This document shows, in pieces, positions 27,146 through 37,116 of a stretch of 64,000 nt of DNA. Positions within the stretch are counted from its first letter, which is position 1. Each line of letters begins with the position of its first letter. The DNA lies in the IMG/VR virus record IMGVR_UViG_3300035180_001778, positions 186,001-250,000 of that record. The stretch is one strand, 5' to 3'. Under the pieces are notes generated by a model, which was not told where the DNA came from, ran no database searches, and saw only the letters and a list, made by a program, of their open reading frames with translations. The position numbers and the translations under genes are program-made.

Positions 27146-29122
27146 CTACGTTGTATTCGTAGAGGACTCCGCCAGACGGAAGAACGCCGTCAGCATCGGC
27201 TCGACCTTCACATCAACATCTTGGAGGTGCTTCGAGGCTGCCTCCGGGTTCGTCATCGGGTGGACGAAAGTGAGATCCAGGTTCGAGACGAGGGCCATGA
27301 GTCCCACGTTCTTCCTGACCTGTGCCTCCGAGGCACGAATCTTCTCCTGCTGAGATTTTGTCAACTCTGGCAGAGAAGATGAAAAAACGCCATCAATGGA
27401 TCCGTATGTACGAATCAAATGCACGATGGTCTTCTCCTGGAGCCTGAAAACACCAGGAATCTTGTCCGAGCTGTCTCCCGACATGGCCCGGAAGTAGACC
27501 ATCTTGCCCGGAGGAACCCCGTATTCCTCCTTCACGGCATCGACATCGAAGAGCTTCTCGGGGCGAAGACCACTCGAAGGAGCGAGGACAGTCGTCGTTG
27601 CGGTCACGAGCTGGAGAAGATCCCGGTCGTTCGAGAGGATGACGTTCACATCCTCCTTGAGGCGCCCCGTGACGAGAGTCGCGATGGCATCGTCGGCCTC
27701 TTCCACCTCGTTGTAGGCCTGGACGACCCCAAAAGACGGTAGGGCCGCCTTCAGCCATTCGATCTGATCGCGACCCTCGAAGGGGATCCTCCCTGCCTTG
27801 TACCCGGGGAAGACGCTCATCCGACGCTGCGAGGAGTAGTCCCAGCACACGTAGATGGTGGCCTTGGGGAACCTCTTGCGAAGAGATATCAGGCTCCGAA
27901 GGAACCCCGTCACCACCCCAGAAGGACGCCCCTGCTTGTCCTTGAGCTGGTCGAGTCCCGGTGCCCGGCCACAGCGGACCGCGAGGTTGTTGCCGTCGAT
28001 GATGAGATTTTGGGTCATTGCAGGGTCTTCCACATCGTCTTCGATGTCCGTCAACTTGTCGCTCAAGGCCTTCAACCGGAGCTGAATGTCTTGGAGCCAC
28101 TCCAATTCGAGATACCGAGATTCGATGGGGGTGAGAGAGGGGGTGGTGTTGAAGGCTCGGACGACCGTCACCAACTGGTTGACGTCCGCAGTCCACCGAG
28201 AGAGACGTTGGACCTCCTCACCAAGCTGGAGCAGATGCTCCGTGGAAGAAGTCGAGGACATCGCCCGAAGGAAGTTCACCTGCTTCTGCCCCACCGAGAT
28301 CCACGTTGAAAGCTTGGCGTGCTCCCCCCACAACAGCTCCAACCGGATGGGTTCGAGGTCGAGCGCGTAACCAGCAACCAGGTCTTGATCGAGAAGGGCT
28401 CGCTCCTTGGTGGTCCACACATCAAGCATTGTGTAGGACGCCAATACATCAAGGAGCCCGTCAAAACCCTCCGAAGACCACTGCATGACAGGGAAAGCCG
28501 CCTCTCCCCATTGCTGAAGGGTCATCCATCGGGTCTGGTAGGTCAGAGAACTCTTCTCCCCCTTCGCAACAAGCCGGAGTCCAGCTCGGGGGAAGGTGAT
28601 GAGAGACTCCTTTGAGCGGAGCTGAATGTAGACCTGGACTTCATCCTTCTCCGGGATGTCCTCGATGACCTTCGCCTTGACCAGCCGGTAGGGCCCCGAG
28701 AGAATGAGCACGAGGTCCCCCACCTCGATCCCCTGGTTCTCTTCTGCTTCAATCTGACGACGAAGCTTGAGCACATCCCGATCTGGAACGTAGGCGATTC
28801 TGCGTGTCGACCGAAAACGACTCCGGTCGACGTGGCTGATGACCCCCTGTACGTATTTGCTTCCTTCGAGCCGGTAGTACTTCTCTTCGGCATGAGCCCG
28901 CCGAATGAAGGCGTACCCTTCGAGGAGGTACTTGATGACCCTGTCCCCACCCACCTGAGTGACGGACGCGGGGATGAACACGTCCGCATCTCGAAGATGG
29001 TGCCGGATGGACTGCTTGATGAGATCCGGATCTTCCCCATCCGCCTTGGGCCCAAGCTCAAGAGCAACCCACTCCGACGGCTTTGCGGGGTCAATGACAG
29101 GTTTGATTTGGCGTGATGCCAT
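27146..29122 (-). CDS. NusG (NGN+KOW) fused to a Pol I-type 5'-3' exonuclease/flap nuclease
   Basis: N-terminal VFIP...LLEGYAFI...GDLVLILSGPY; C-terminal LIIDGNN, EADDAIATL, SNDRDLLQL and GDSSDKIPGV. Confidence 0.8.
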   Translation of the reverse strand: MASRQIKPVIDPAKPSEWVALELGPKADGEDPDLIKQSIRHHLRDADVFIPASVTQVGGDRVIKYLLEGYAFIRRAHAEEKYYRLEGSKYVQGVISHVDRSRFRSTRRIAYVPDRDVLKLRRQIEAEENQGIEVGDLVLILSGPYRLVKAKVIEDIPEKDEVQVYIQLRSKESLITFPRAGLRLVAKGEKSSLTYQTRWMTLQQWGEAAFPVMQWSSEGFDGLLDVLASYTMLDVWTTKERALLDQDLVAGYALDLEPIRLELLWGEHAKLSTWISVGQKQVNFLRAMSSTSSTEHLLQLGEEVQRLSRWTADVNQLVTVVRAFNTTPSLTPIESRYLELEWLQDIQLRLKALSDKLTDIEDDVEDPAMTQNLIIDGNNLAVRCGRAPGLDQLKDKQGRPSGVVTGFLRSLISLRKRFPKATIYVCWDYSSQRRMSVFPGYKAGRIPFEGRDQIEWLKAALPSFGVVQAYNEVEEADDAIATLVTGRLKEDVNVILSNDRDLLQLVTATTTVLAPSSGLRPEKLFDVDAVKEEYGVPPGKMVYFRAMSGDSSDKIPGVFRLQEKTIVHLIRTYGSIDGVFSSSLPELTKSQQEKIRASEAQVRKNVGLMALVSNLDLTFVHPMTNPEAASKHLQDVDVKVEPMLTAFFRLAESSTNTT

Positions 29123-29125
29123 GGA

Positions 29126-30586
29126 CTATCCTCGGCTGGGCCAAGTTCGCTCGAACTCTCGCCGCCATTCATCCGGAGTCAACATACGAAGGTCGTCTGC
29201 CGGATCCCCACGTCGGGGAAAAGAAACCGGGACATGGACGTGATCGCGACCCCGAGCTTTGTTCACAGGGACGCCCTTGTGATCCAGCTCAGTCAGGGCA
29301 CAGACATCGCCAGAACCAATGGGACCCACCCCATCGAATCGAGTACCGTCGGGCTTCTTCTCCGGCTTCTTCACTTCCGGCAAGACCTGGACTGCCGGCG
29401 GAATATACCCAGCCGGGGCCACCACACTGGGAGTGATCGAAGGGTCAACCGTCAAGCTGATCACAGGAGCTTGAACAGGAGCCGGAGCCTGAACGGGAGC
29501 TGCCGTGACCACCTGAATGGGAGCCGCCATGGGGACCCCCGCGACCGACGGAGCAGGAATGCCCCCTGCCAGATTGAGGATGTCGCAGAAGAGATTCACC
29601 CTTGTGGTGTTCCTCCGCTGAAGGAAGTACTCCGAGAGCTTGAGGGTGTTCACGCCGAACGCTTCGTAGACCTTCTGACCGAGTGCGCGGTCGACGTAGA
29701 CGAAGTCAGCGAACATGTTGTTCGCCATTCGGTATGAATTCATGGCCGCTTCGGCGAGGCCATCAGCCACATCTTGAGGAGAGACCTGCTCACAAGCCTG
29801 TCCTACCAACTCGATCGCACGCTGAGGAGTCCCGAGTGAGAGCATGATCTCGTAGTACGTCGAGACGAGCGGGAGGCGGAGGTACTCCCGCACATTGGCG
29901 AGATTGACATCCCCCATTTGCCCGATCATCTCCAGCCGGTTGAGGACATCCCGAACGTGCCCCCCGGAGTAGTCGATGACAGTGAGCACAGCGTCATCCT
30001 CGAAGGAGACCCCTTCCGCCGTGAGGATGGACTTCATCCTTCCGAGGATGTCCTCTCGGGTCACCTTTCGAATGGCGTAGTCTTCGCACCGGGACCGAAT
30101 CGTCGCCCGGATCTTCTCCACTTCCGTCGTGCAGAAGATCCCGACGAGCTTGTTCTCCTCCAAAGGCTTGAGGAGAACATCCTGTGCATCCCGGGTCATG
30201 CGATGCGCCTCATCGAAGAGGTGGATCCGCTTCGAGGCCCCATAGACCGCGAAGGGCAGCTCCTCGACGAGGGCTCGCATGTGGTCGACAGTCCCGCAGC
30301 TCGCCGCATCTCGCTCGACGAATGCGAGCGAGGTTTCGGAGAGAATATACAGGCAGTTGTCGCACTCGTTACAAGGCTCAGGGTTGGCCAAGTCGATCGC
30401 CTGGCAGAGCATGGCCCTTGCCATGATCCGAGCAAGCGTCGTCTTCCCCTGACCGTGACCCCCAGCGAAGATGTAGTTCTTGCTGAGGGCCGTTCCGTCA
30501 CGAAGGCGTGTCTGGAGGATCTGGACAGTGCCTCGCTGGCCGAGGACGTCCGAGAACTTACGGGGCCTGTACTTGGTGTCCCACAC
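29126..30586 (-). CDS. dnaX: DNA polymerase III gamma/tau (clamp loader)
   Basis: KYRP, GGHGQGKTT, PCNECDNC, DEAH and TIRSRC motifs. Confidence 0.9.
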   Translation of the reverse strand: MWDTKYRPRKFSDVLGQRGTVQILQTRLRDGTALSKNYIFAGGHGQGKTTLARIMARAMLCQAIDLANPEPCNECDNCLYILSETSLAFVERDAASCGTVDHMRALVEELPFAVYGASKRIHLFDEAHRMTRDAQDVLLKPLEENKLVGIFCTTEVEKIRATIRSRCEDYAIRKVTREDILGRMKSILTAEGVSFEDDAVLTVIDYSGGHVRDVLNRLEMIGQMGDVNLANVREYLRLPLVSTYYEIMLSLGTPQRAIELVGQACEQVSPQDVADGLAEAAMNSYRMANNMFADFVYVDRALGQKVYEAFGVNTLKLSEYFLQRRNTTRVNLFCDILNLAGGIPAPSVAGVPMAAPIQVVTAAPVQAPAPVQAPVISLTVDPSITPSVVAPAGYIPPAVQVLPEVKKPEKKPDGTRFDGVGPIGSGDVCALTELDHKGVPVNKARGRDHVHVPVSFPRRGDPADDLRMLTPDEWRREFERTWPSRG

Positions 30587-30592
30587 AGGTTT

Positions 30593-31084
30593 TCAGTGCG
30601 CCGTAGCGGACTCCCCCTCAGAGGACGACATCACGATATCGTCCACCATGTCTTCGATCTCGATGGCCTTGGCGACGCTCGCGAACGCAGATAGGGTCTC
30701 GTTCCAGGCACCGTGCCGACGGAGAATCGAGGTGAACTCCTCGACATCCGGCGTACGGAGAACCCAGACCATGTCCCCGGTCTTGTCGTCTTCCTCTCCC
30801 GTGCAGTGCTCCAGGAGGTGATCGACGAGCGCCGTTCGCTTGTTCTCCGTCAGCTCATTCCAGGTGTCCTCGGCGACCTCGATGATGAAGTCGCAGTCGA
30901 TGAAGAACTGCGAGATGCCCGATAGCTTTCGGGCCTTGCCGAGGACGGGACGGCCAGACTTCGTCGAGCCCTTGTCCACGAAGGCGTACTTCAACCGTGC
31001 GGTGGCCAGCTCCGGGTGATACCCGGGGATCAGGTTCTTCGCAATGGTTGCGATCGTCTCACTCTCACTGTAAATCTTACCCAT
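30593..31084 (-). CDS. Phage putative metallopeptidase-family protein with degenerate active site
   Basis: ALVDHLLEHC...PDVEEF...RRHG pattern. Confidence 0.6.
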   Translation of the reverse strand: MGKIYSESETIATIAKNLIPGYHPELATARLKYAFVDKGSTKSGRPVLGKARKLSGISQFFIDCDFIIEVAEDTWNELTENKRTALVDHLLEHCTGEEDDKTGDMVWVLRTPDVEEFTSILRRHGAWNETLSAFASVAKAIEIEDMVDDIVMSSSEGESATAH

Positions 31085-31808
31085 AGGGAAACTCCATCAG
31101 GCTACCCGACCTCACATGAGATCGGAGGTACTCTCCAAGTCGGGCATCTCCCCAGGCCTCCCAGAGGTCTCCAGGATCCTTGACCAGCTTGCCGCCAACC
31201 AAAGTGACCCGGGGGTAAACTACCCGACGAACATCGAATTCCCGGCCGTACTGTTGGCGAAACCTATCGTACGCCCTATTTCCGGCGGAATCCATATCAT
31301 ATCCGATCCACACGCGACGTACAAGACGTCGTAGGATCCGAACAAATCCCTCCGTGACCCGAGCAGTCAGCGTCGAAGCAATACCAGGAAGGAACCTCTG
31401 GAGGGGTAGAAGATCGAAGCCACCCTCGACCAGAAGGATCTCCCCCGTCTCCCACACTGTGGGCATTGCCTGAGCGAGCCCGAACCCCACAGCCTCATCC
31501 TGCGCGAGGATGAAGTCCATGTAGCCCCCACGCTCCCTATCGACGTGCCGAAACTGGAGGCCTCGAATCTCGCCGATGGTGTTCGTAATCGGAAGGACGT
31601 AGCAATCGTCGAGCTTCCCCCCATCCCCCGACCAAGACACGAAGTCTTGGGGGTAGTTGATTGCCGGTAGAACCCGGTCAACGTACCCAATTTGAAATTG
31701 ACTGATCTGTTCGTCAGTGACCCCGCGTCCCCACAAGGACTCACGAACACGCTCGGGTAGCTCAGCTCCAGATTCAGATTCAGCGACGAACTCGTCAAGC
31801 CAGGTCAC
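31077..31808 (-). CDS. DnaG-like primase catalytic core (TOPRIM) without zinc-binding domain
   Basis: RGVT...FQIGY, LVEGGFD, YDMDSAG and KDP motifs. Confidence 0.8.
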   Translation of the reverse strand: MTWLDEFVAESESGAELPERVRESLWGRGVTDEQISQFQIGYVDRVLPAINYPQDFVSWSGDGGKLDDCYVLPITNTIGEIRGLQFRHVDRERGGYMDFILAQDEAVGFGLAQAMPTVWETGEILLVEGGFDLLPLQRFLPGIASTLTARVTEGFVRILRRLVRRVWIGYDMDSAGNRAYDRFRQQYGREFDVRRVVYPRVTLVGGKLVKDPGDLWEAWGDARLGEYLRSHVRSGSLMEFPYG

Positions 31809-32394
31809 GGCCGACCACCATGATCGTCTGGTTGGCTCGCTGGATCATGACCCCCACGTAATCGCGGACTCGCGTGTAGAACCCCAACTTCTCCGGTGAA
31901 GGAAGCACGAGAGCTGCCCCATCAGGAAGAGCAGCCACGAAGACACGGAGGTCGCCCTCCAAGGTCGTCACGAACCCCCCCTTCACAGATGCCGCCTTCT
32001 CCCCGCAGACTTCCTTGAGGGTGGACGACGAGAGGATGAGGGACTTCGGTTCGAGTCCTGATCTTCGGAGACGCTCAACTGCCACGGGGACCGAGCTACA
32101 CCGATTTCCCCACTGGCTTCGAGTCGAAAGATCCAGAACATCCCGGTAGAGAGCAAGGACGAGCACATCCGGGTCCCCTTCCTCGGAGAGAGGGGAGAAG
32201 CCGTACCTGGCGTCCCCCTCCTTGGAAGGCCGTGTGCCGACGAAGCCACCCCGGGCATTGGTGACCACCAAGGGAACCGAGCTGGGGTTCACCTTCGCAG
32301 CACACAGGTAGGGGGTAGAGAACCCCTGCTTACCCGAAGCCCTCTGCCGATGCCGGTCGACAACCAGCACTTGCTCCAGGATTGAGAAGCTCAT
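31795..32394 (-). CDS. Hypothetical protein, possible degenerate capsid-protein paralog
   Basis: ATGA-coupled start at 32394. The C-terminal half aligns by eye with the capsid C-terminal half. Confidence 0.5.
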   Translation of the reverse strand: MSFSILEQVLVVDRHRQRASGKQGFSTPYLCAAKVNPSSVPLVVTNARGGFVGTRPSKEGDARYGFSPLSEEGDPDVLVLALYRDVLDLSTRSQWGNRCSSVPVAVERLRRSGLEPKSLILSSSTLKEVCGEKAASVKGGFVTTLEGDLRVFVAALPDGAALVLPSPEKLGFYTRVRDYVGVMIQRANQTIMVVGRDLA

Positions 32395-32948
32395 TGCAGG
32401 GAGTTGGGGTCCGGGAGGTACTTCACGAGGTCCGTGGGGATTCGGATGGGCTCGGGTCGAATCTGAGTCAGGCGAAACCACAGACGGGCCCACCAAGGAA
32501 TCCGAGGCATTCCTTCTCCCAGGGCCCACGCGAGGCCATGAACCTCGGGCATGTTCTCTCGAAGCCAATCGGGGCTATCGATCTGCTCCGCGTACTCCGT
32601 CCACAACTGGTGCTTGTTGAGGGTGGGCTCGAACAAGGGACACTGCTGTGCATCGGAGGGATCTTCACAGATCCGGATCGCGGCTGAGGTGATGTCCTCG
32701 ACCCCATACATGCAGAGACCGATCGTCTGAAGGACAGGAAGGTGGCGACCCCCAGGACCCGAGCCCATCGTGATTCGGTTGTAGTTCGGGTTGGGCTCGT
32801 CATCGATGGTCCGACGAACATCGAGGGGCTGCCTGTAGTTGTACGTGCAGCGGTGAGGCAACCTCTCCCTGGCAGCCTTCACGCGATCCTCCAGCTCCTT
32901 CACGAGCAGAAAACGAATGCGGCCCATGATTTCAGATTGCGTTCTCAC
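32391..32948 (-). CDS. Hypothetical Cys-containing protein
   Basis: GTGA-coupled start; four spaced Cys residues. Confidence 0.5.
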   Translation of the reverse strand: MRTQSEIMGRIRFLLVKELEDRVKAARERLPHRCTYNYRQPLDVRRTIDDEPNPNYNRITMGSGPGGRHLPVLQTIGLCMYGVEDITSAAIRICEDPSDAQQCPLFEPTLNKHQLWTEYAEQIDSPDWLRENMPEVHGLAWALGEGMPRIPWWARLWFRLTQIRPEPIRIPTDLVKYLPDPNSLQ

Positions 32949-33604
32949 CGATGACTCCGAAGGCGGCGAATGTCTAGCCACGTCGTCTCATCCGCACCCA
33001 GCTCTTCAGACCCTTGGTACGCGATGTCCGCGTGTTCGAGGAAGGCTTGCTTGTGGGTGACAAACAAAATGTCGATGTTGGTCGATTCCGCGAGACGCTG
33101 AAGGAAACGTCCGGCTGCATCCACGTACTCATCCGAGACTGCCGCAAGCGTCTCGTCGAGTAGGAGCACAGGGAACCGCTTCAAGCGGAGAAGAAGAAGG
33201 AGACGGAGGATCAGGGAGACGATGCTCGCGGGTCCACCCCCAAAAGAATCAAGGGGGTGTCCTCGAACGCCCGTCTCCTCGTCTCCCTGTCGAATGAAGA
33301 AGTCGATGGAGACCCTGTTCCGCGCCTGTCCGATCGCTGCCTCGAAAGATAGCTTCTGATCGAAGAAGATGGTCTTCAACCCCTCGGAGACAAGAGCCTC
33401 CAAAGTTTTGACGCGATCCGTGACGAGCTTGTCCAGAAGAACGCGAAGAAGCTCCCCAACCTTGAAGAGCTTCTCGATCTGGGCCGAGAGGGTCAACACT
33501 TCCGCGCTTTTCGACTCCAAGTCCGCCCGCTTTTGATCGCGGAGGGCCTGGAGTCGAGCTGCTTTCAACGCGAGAGCTTCGGTCCTCGCAACCCAGTCCT
33601 TCAT
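32945..33604 (-). CDS. SbcC/Rad50-like ATPase, C-terminal half
   Basis: Coiled coil, signature-like SFGGG, Walker B LLLDE, H-loop FVTH. Confidence 0.8.
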   Translation of the reverse strand: MKDWVARTEALALKAARLQALRDQKRADLESKSAEVLTLSAQIEKLFKVGELLRVLLDKLVTDRVKTLEALVSEGLKTIFFDQKLSFEAAIGQARNRVSIDFFIRQGDEETGVRGHPLDSFGGGPASIVSLILRLLLLLRLKRFPVLLLDETLAAVSDEYVDAAGRFLQRLAESTNIDILFVTHKQAFLEHADIAYQGSEELGADETTWLDIRRLRSHR

Positions 33605-33633
33605 GCTTCTGTCCTACACCCGTCCGCCCCGAA

Positions 33634-34914
33634 TCAGTCCTTCGAGGGCATGTACCGGGTCACGCGGCACTCGTGCGACCCTTCCGGCCGGTTCTCCGCC
33701 GTGATGTCCCCGACCACCTTGCCGTTGTCGTCCATGAGGAACTCGTCGATGGTGCGGAACATGGCCCGTTCCTTGGGGGACTTGTCGTCGGCCTTGATGA
33801 CCGCGATCCGAAGCTGGACGTCCATGCCCTTCACGCCGTCGATGAGGTCGATGAGCCGATCGATGTTGACGTTGAAGGTGATCTCTTGCTCCTCGGAGCC
33901 GTCGATGACGACAGCCGGGAGCGGGAAGCTCCGAGCCTTGCCCTTCGTCTCCGCGACCCGGAAGAGCATCGTGGCCTGGCGTTGCACCTTCTCGCCCACC
34001 TCGACGTCACGGAACTCGTTGACGACCAGAGTGATCTTGTCTTCCTTGGAATCCAGCTCCGAGCGCATGAAGCGGAGGGCGTCCACCGTCAGCGACTTGG
34101 GGAGCCCAAGGATGAGCTTGTCCATCGTCTTCGAGTAGTACGAGAACTTCCCGTGAACGGCCTCGTGCTTCGCCCACCCAAGGGCGTTCCCCTTGGAGTC
34201 GACGGCGAAGATCATGTTGTCGCCCGTCACGAGCTTCACTTCCCCGTCCGACTTCGCGAGGAAGCTCGTGAAGAAAGACATGTGCTGGACGTGGATCGAG
34301 AAACCCTTGTCCACGAAGGCAGCGCTGTAGAACCAGAACGCCTGGAAGGTGTTCGCAGCGAAGAGGTGCCCTGAGCCCTTCTCCCACTCGTGCTTGGACT
34401 TGTCGAAGAGCTGGAGCGTCTTGAAGTGCTCCGGGATCCGCGTGTCGTCGGCCTTCCCGAGGAAGGGCTTGGCCAGCGTCATCGCCTCCTTGAATAGGCC
34501 CACGGGGAAGGACCGCTCATCCTTGGCTCCGGCGAGATCCCGATCACACGAGGCCATGAGCTTCGGGTCGAAGCTCGCGCGATCGGCCCCAGCTCCCGAG
34601 TTCGTGCTCCAGGAGACCGTGAAGTTGTCCGCTTCCACCTTGGACTCGATCGTGATCTCGTCATCCCGAAGGAAGCGAAAGCCGCTCGTGAACTCCGAGG
34701 GGAAGATGAAGGATCCCTCGGTGTCCGTCTCGTCACAGGAGATCGTGGCGCGAGCGACGTGGAGAGCATCGCGGGAGTAGATCGAGCAGAGGCCTCCCGT
34801 TCGGATGACGAAGAGGTAGCCGGCCCCGCCCGCGGGGGTCAGGGGACGCGGAGGGACGATCGAAACGATTGCGAGGGCCTTGATCAGGTCGGCGAGCTTG
34901 AGCGTGATTTTCAT
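33634..34914 (-). CDS. Divergent DNA polymerase III beta sliding clamp-like protein
   Basis: Start MKITLKLADLIKAL resembles the DnaN N-terminus; clamp-like size; complete clamp-loader set nearby. Confidence 0.6.
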   Translation of the reverse strand: MKITLKLADLIKALAIVSIVPPRPLTPAGGAGYLFVIRTGGLCSIYSRDALHVARATISCDETDTEGSFIFPSEFTSGFRFLRDDEITIESKVEADNFTVSWSTNSGAGADRASFDPKLMASCDRDLAGAKDERSFPVGLFKEAMTLAKPFLGKADDTRIPEHFKTLQLFDKSKHEWEKGSGHLFAANTFQAFWFYSAAFVDKGFSIHVQHMSFFTSFLAKSDGEVKLVTGDNMIFAVDSKGNALGWAKHEAVHGKFSYYSKTMDKLILGLPKSLTVDALRFMRSELDSKEDKITLVVNEFRDVEVGEKVQRQATMLFRVAETKGKARSFPLPAVVIDGSEEQEITFNVNIDRLIDLIDGVKGMDVQLRIAVIKADDKSPKERAMFRTIDEFLMDDNGKVVGDITAENRPEGSHECRVTRYMPSKD

Positions 34915-34936
34915 TCCATCCTCATTTGGAGAGTCG

Positions 34937-35209
34937 TTACTTCTTGTCGTAGCCGGCCAAGGAAGTCTCCACGGCCAGCAACTTGGTCTCGTACTCGGCA
35001 ATCTCCTGAAGGAGACTTGCCTCCGCCTTGTCCCTCTCCGCCGAGAGGTTCTTGGGGTCGTAGCCCGCAGCCTTCACTTCGGTGACCAGATCCGCGAGGT
35101 CTTCCTTGACCTTCTGGAGCTGCCCCTCGTACTGCGACTTCTTCTTCTGGGCGACTTCGGTTCGCCTCGATAGGTCGTCGATCTTCTTCTTGATCTCGTC
35201 CGGAGTCAT
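34937..35209 (-). CDS. Small coiled-coil protein (possible SbcC arm segment)
   Basis: Heptad-rich 90 aa; AAGGA Shine-Dalgarno. Confidence 0.6.
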   Translation of the reverse strand: MTPDEIKKKIDDLSRRTEVAQKKKSQYEGQLQKVKEDLADLVTEVKAAGYDPKNLSAERDKAEASLLQEIAEYETKLLAVETSLAGYDKK

Positions 35210-35219
35210 ACGTGTCCTT

Positions 35220-36125
35220 TCAATCCCCGATGCCCACGTCTTCTACACCCTCTCCAGCGTAGACGGGGATCTGATGTTTCGCTGTGAAGCTCTGACCTTC
35301 AGGGCAAAGCGCGAGGTAGGAGCAGAGCTTGCACTTGCCCTGTCCAGGTTGAGCCTGGAACACATCCTCCATCACCTTTTTCTGAACTTCCCTGCTCCCC
35401 GAGATGAAGGTGTTGATACCCTCATCAATCTTCCGCACCGTGTTGAGGACATGGGCTAGGAGCCCATCGAGGTCCGCCGCGGTGAAGTTGATCCAGTCCA
35501 GGCTCTCCTCCGGCTCATACCGCCAGAAGACGAACCCCAAACGATCGGGGGGATATCCATGACGAATTCGATGAAGCATCGCGTACCACACGAGCTGGCG
35601 ATCATCGACGTATTTCTCTCGATGACGGGACCCCTTCCCATCGAGTAGAACGAGGTCTCGATGAGGGGCGACTCGACGTAGAACGAAGTCAGCACGACCC
35701 CCAATCGTGTGCCCCTCGATCATTGTGTCGTACTTGACCTCTGCCGCTGCATCAGCACCGATCAGCCGGTGGTGCCTGATGATGGCAATTCCTCGGGGAA
35801 TCGCCGCTCGGATGTCCGCAACAAGGAGGTCACGGGATGCGTAGTTCGACCTCTTGTCCGTGTAGTCGATGACCCCATTCCGCCGCTCTTTTTGAATGGT
35901 GTCGTCCAGCTCGGGCTCGACCATCCCCAAAAGAGTCTCGATGGTGTTCGACTGTTTCCAAATCTGGTTGACGTAGAACAGCTCGAACAGACGGCCCACT
36001 GTGCTGCCGTAGAGGGAGTTGACCTTGTTCTCCGGCTCGGAGAGAGGGGTCTTGCCCACGTAGCGATACCAGTACGACTTGGGACAGGAATCGTACGACT
36101 TGAACCCAGAATACGACAGATACAT
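35220..36125 (-). CDS. PD-(D/E)XK RecB/Cas4-like nuclease with Fe-S staple
   Basis: N-terminal CP, GRAD, LLDGK, QLVWYA and C-terminal CKLCSYLALC. Confidence 0.8.
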   Translation of the reverse strand: MYLSYSGFKSYDSCPKSYWYRYVGKTPLSEPENKVNSLYGSTVGRLFELFYVNQIWKQSNTIETLLGMVEPELDDTIQKERRNGVIDYTDKRSNYASRDLLVADIRAAIPRGIAIIRHHRLIGADAAAEVKYDTMIEGHTIGGRADFVLRRVAPHRDLVLLDGKGSRHREKYVDDRQLVWYAMLHRIRHGYPPDRLGFVFWRYEPEESLDWINFTAADLDGLLAHVLNTVRKIDEGINTFISGSREVQKKVMEDVFQAQPGQGKCKLCSYLALCPEGQSFTAKHQIPVYAGEGVEDVGIGD

Positions 36126-37111
36126 CAGCCCACCTCCGCCCGCGCTCGCTCCAAATACCCTTGTGCGAGATCACGCACATCACGGGCATAGTCAAGACTA
36201 TTCAGCGATTCCTCAATCCCCAAAGAGGGGTCGAACATCGCGTCGGCCTTGATACGAGCTGCAAAGGCATCGATTGCCGTATCCTCGGCTTCTTCTCGTT
36301 CCTTGCGTTCGATGTCGAAGACATCCTCCGCCGGGGCAACGATCAGGGGGACAGGCCAGACCCGAAGCACACCGTTTTCAATCACGATGTGGGACACCTG
36401 GGGGGTCCTCAAGGTGTTCTCTCGAACGAGAGCACCTCGGCTCACAGCCCCTTGGTTGACGAACTGCTTGCCCCCCACGGTCACGATGCCCTGGTCCTTG
36501 TGCCAGTGCCCGAAGCACCAAGCATCCGGACCATTCTCAGTCACGAGGTCGCCGTACCGGAAGACTGGCTCCCCGAAGAAACCCTCGACATTGGGAGGGG
36601 GCTCTTGAGCTGCGAGGGCGTGGACAACCGCTATGATGAAGTCGTCCCCCGGCTTCTTCTGGATCCTCTTCAGCTCCGCCACGGTTCGATGCGGGCTGTA
36701 GGGAACCCCCACCACCCGAACTCGAACCCCACCATCTTCGAAGACCTGCTCTCGAAGATGGTGGAAGACCCCCGTTGCGAGGAGCACGCCGAGAGGCTGC
36801 TTCGCCAGGGTGTCCAGGTTGTTGTAGGCGATGTCGTGGTTGCCTTCGACAGACCACACAGGACAGGGGTAGGCCTGATGGATCCGAGCGGCCCTCTCAA
36901 CGAGAGCGTGAGGATTCCGGCTTGCTGCCTTGACGTGGAAGAAGTCTCCCCCGTCAAGAACAGCCGTCACCTCGAACTGCTTCGCGAACTGCCCGATCTG
37001 TTCGAGATTCGACCAAATCTCCGACGGGTAGTCCGCTTTCCACGACGCCGGGCTCCGATCCGCTACGTGGGTGTCGGTCCTAAAAAGGAAAGATAGTCGA
37101 GACATCCACAC
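36125..37111 (-). CDS. SbcD/Mre11-like metallophosphoesterase nuclease
   Basis: DTH, GGDFFH, GNHD and FGHWH motifs. Confidence 0.85.
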   Translation of the reverse strand: MWMSRLSFLFRTDTHVADRSPASWKADYPSEIWSNLEQIGQFAKQFEVTAVLDGGDFFHVKAASRNPHALVERAARIHQAYPCPVWSVEGNHDIAYNNLDTLAKQPLGVLLATGVFHHLREQVFEDGGVRVRVVGVPYSPHRTVAELKRIQKKPGDDFIIAVVHALAAQEPPPNVEGFFGEPVFRYGDLVTENGPDAWCFGHWHKDQGIVTVGGKQFVNQGAVSRGALVRENTLRTPQVSHIVIENGVLRVWPVPLIVAPAEDVFDIERKEREEAEDTAIDAFAARIKADAMFDPSLGIEESLNSLDYARDVRDLAQGYLERARAEVG

Positions 37112-37116
37112 TCACT

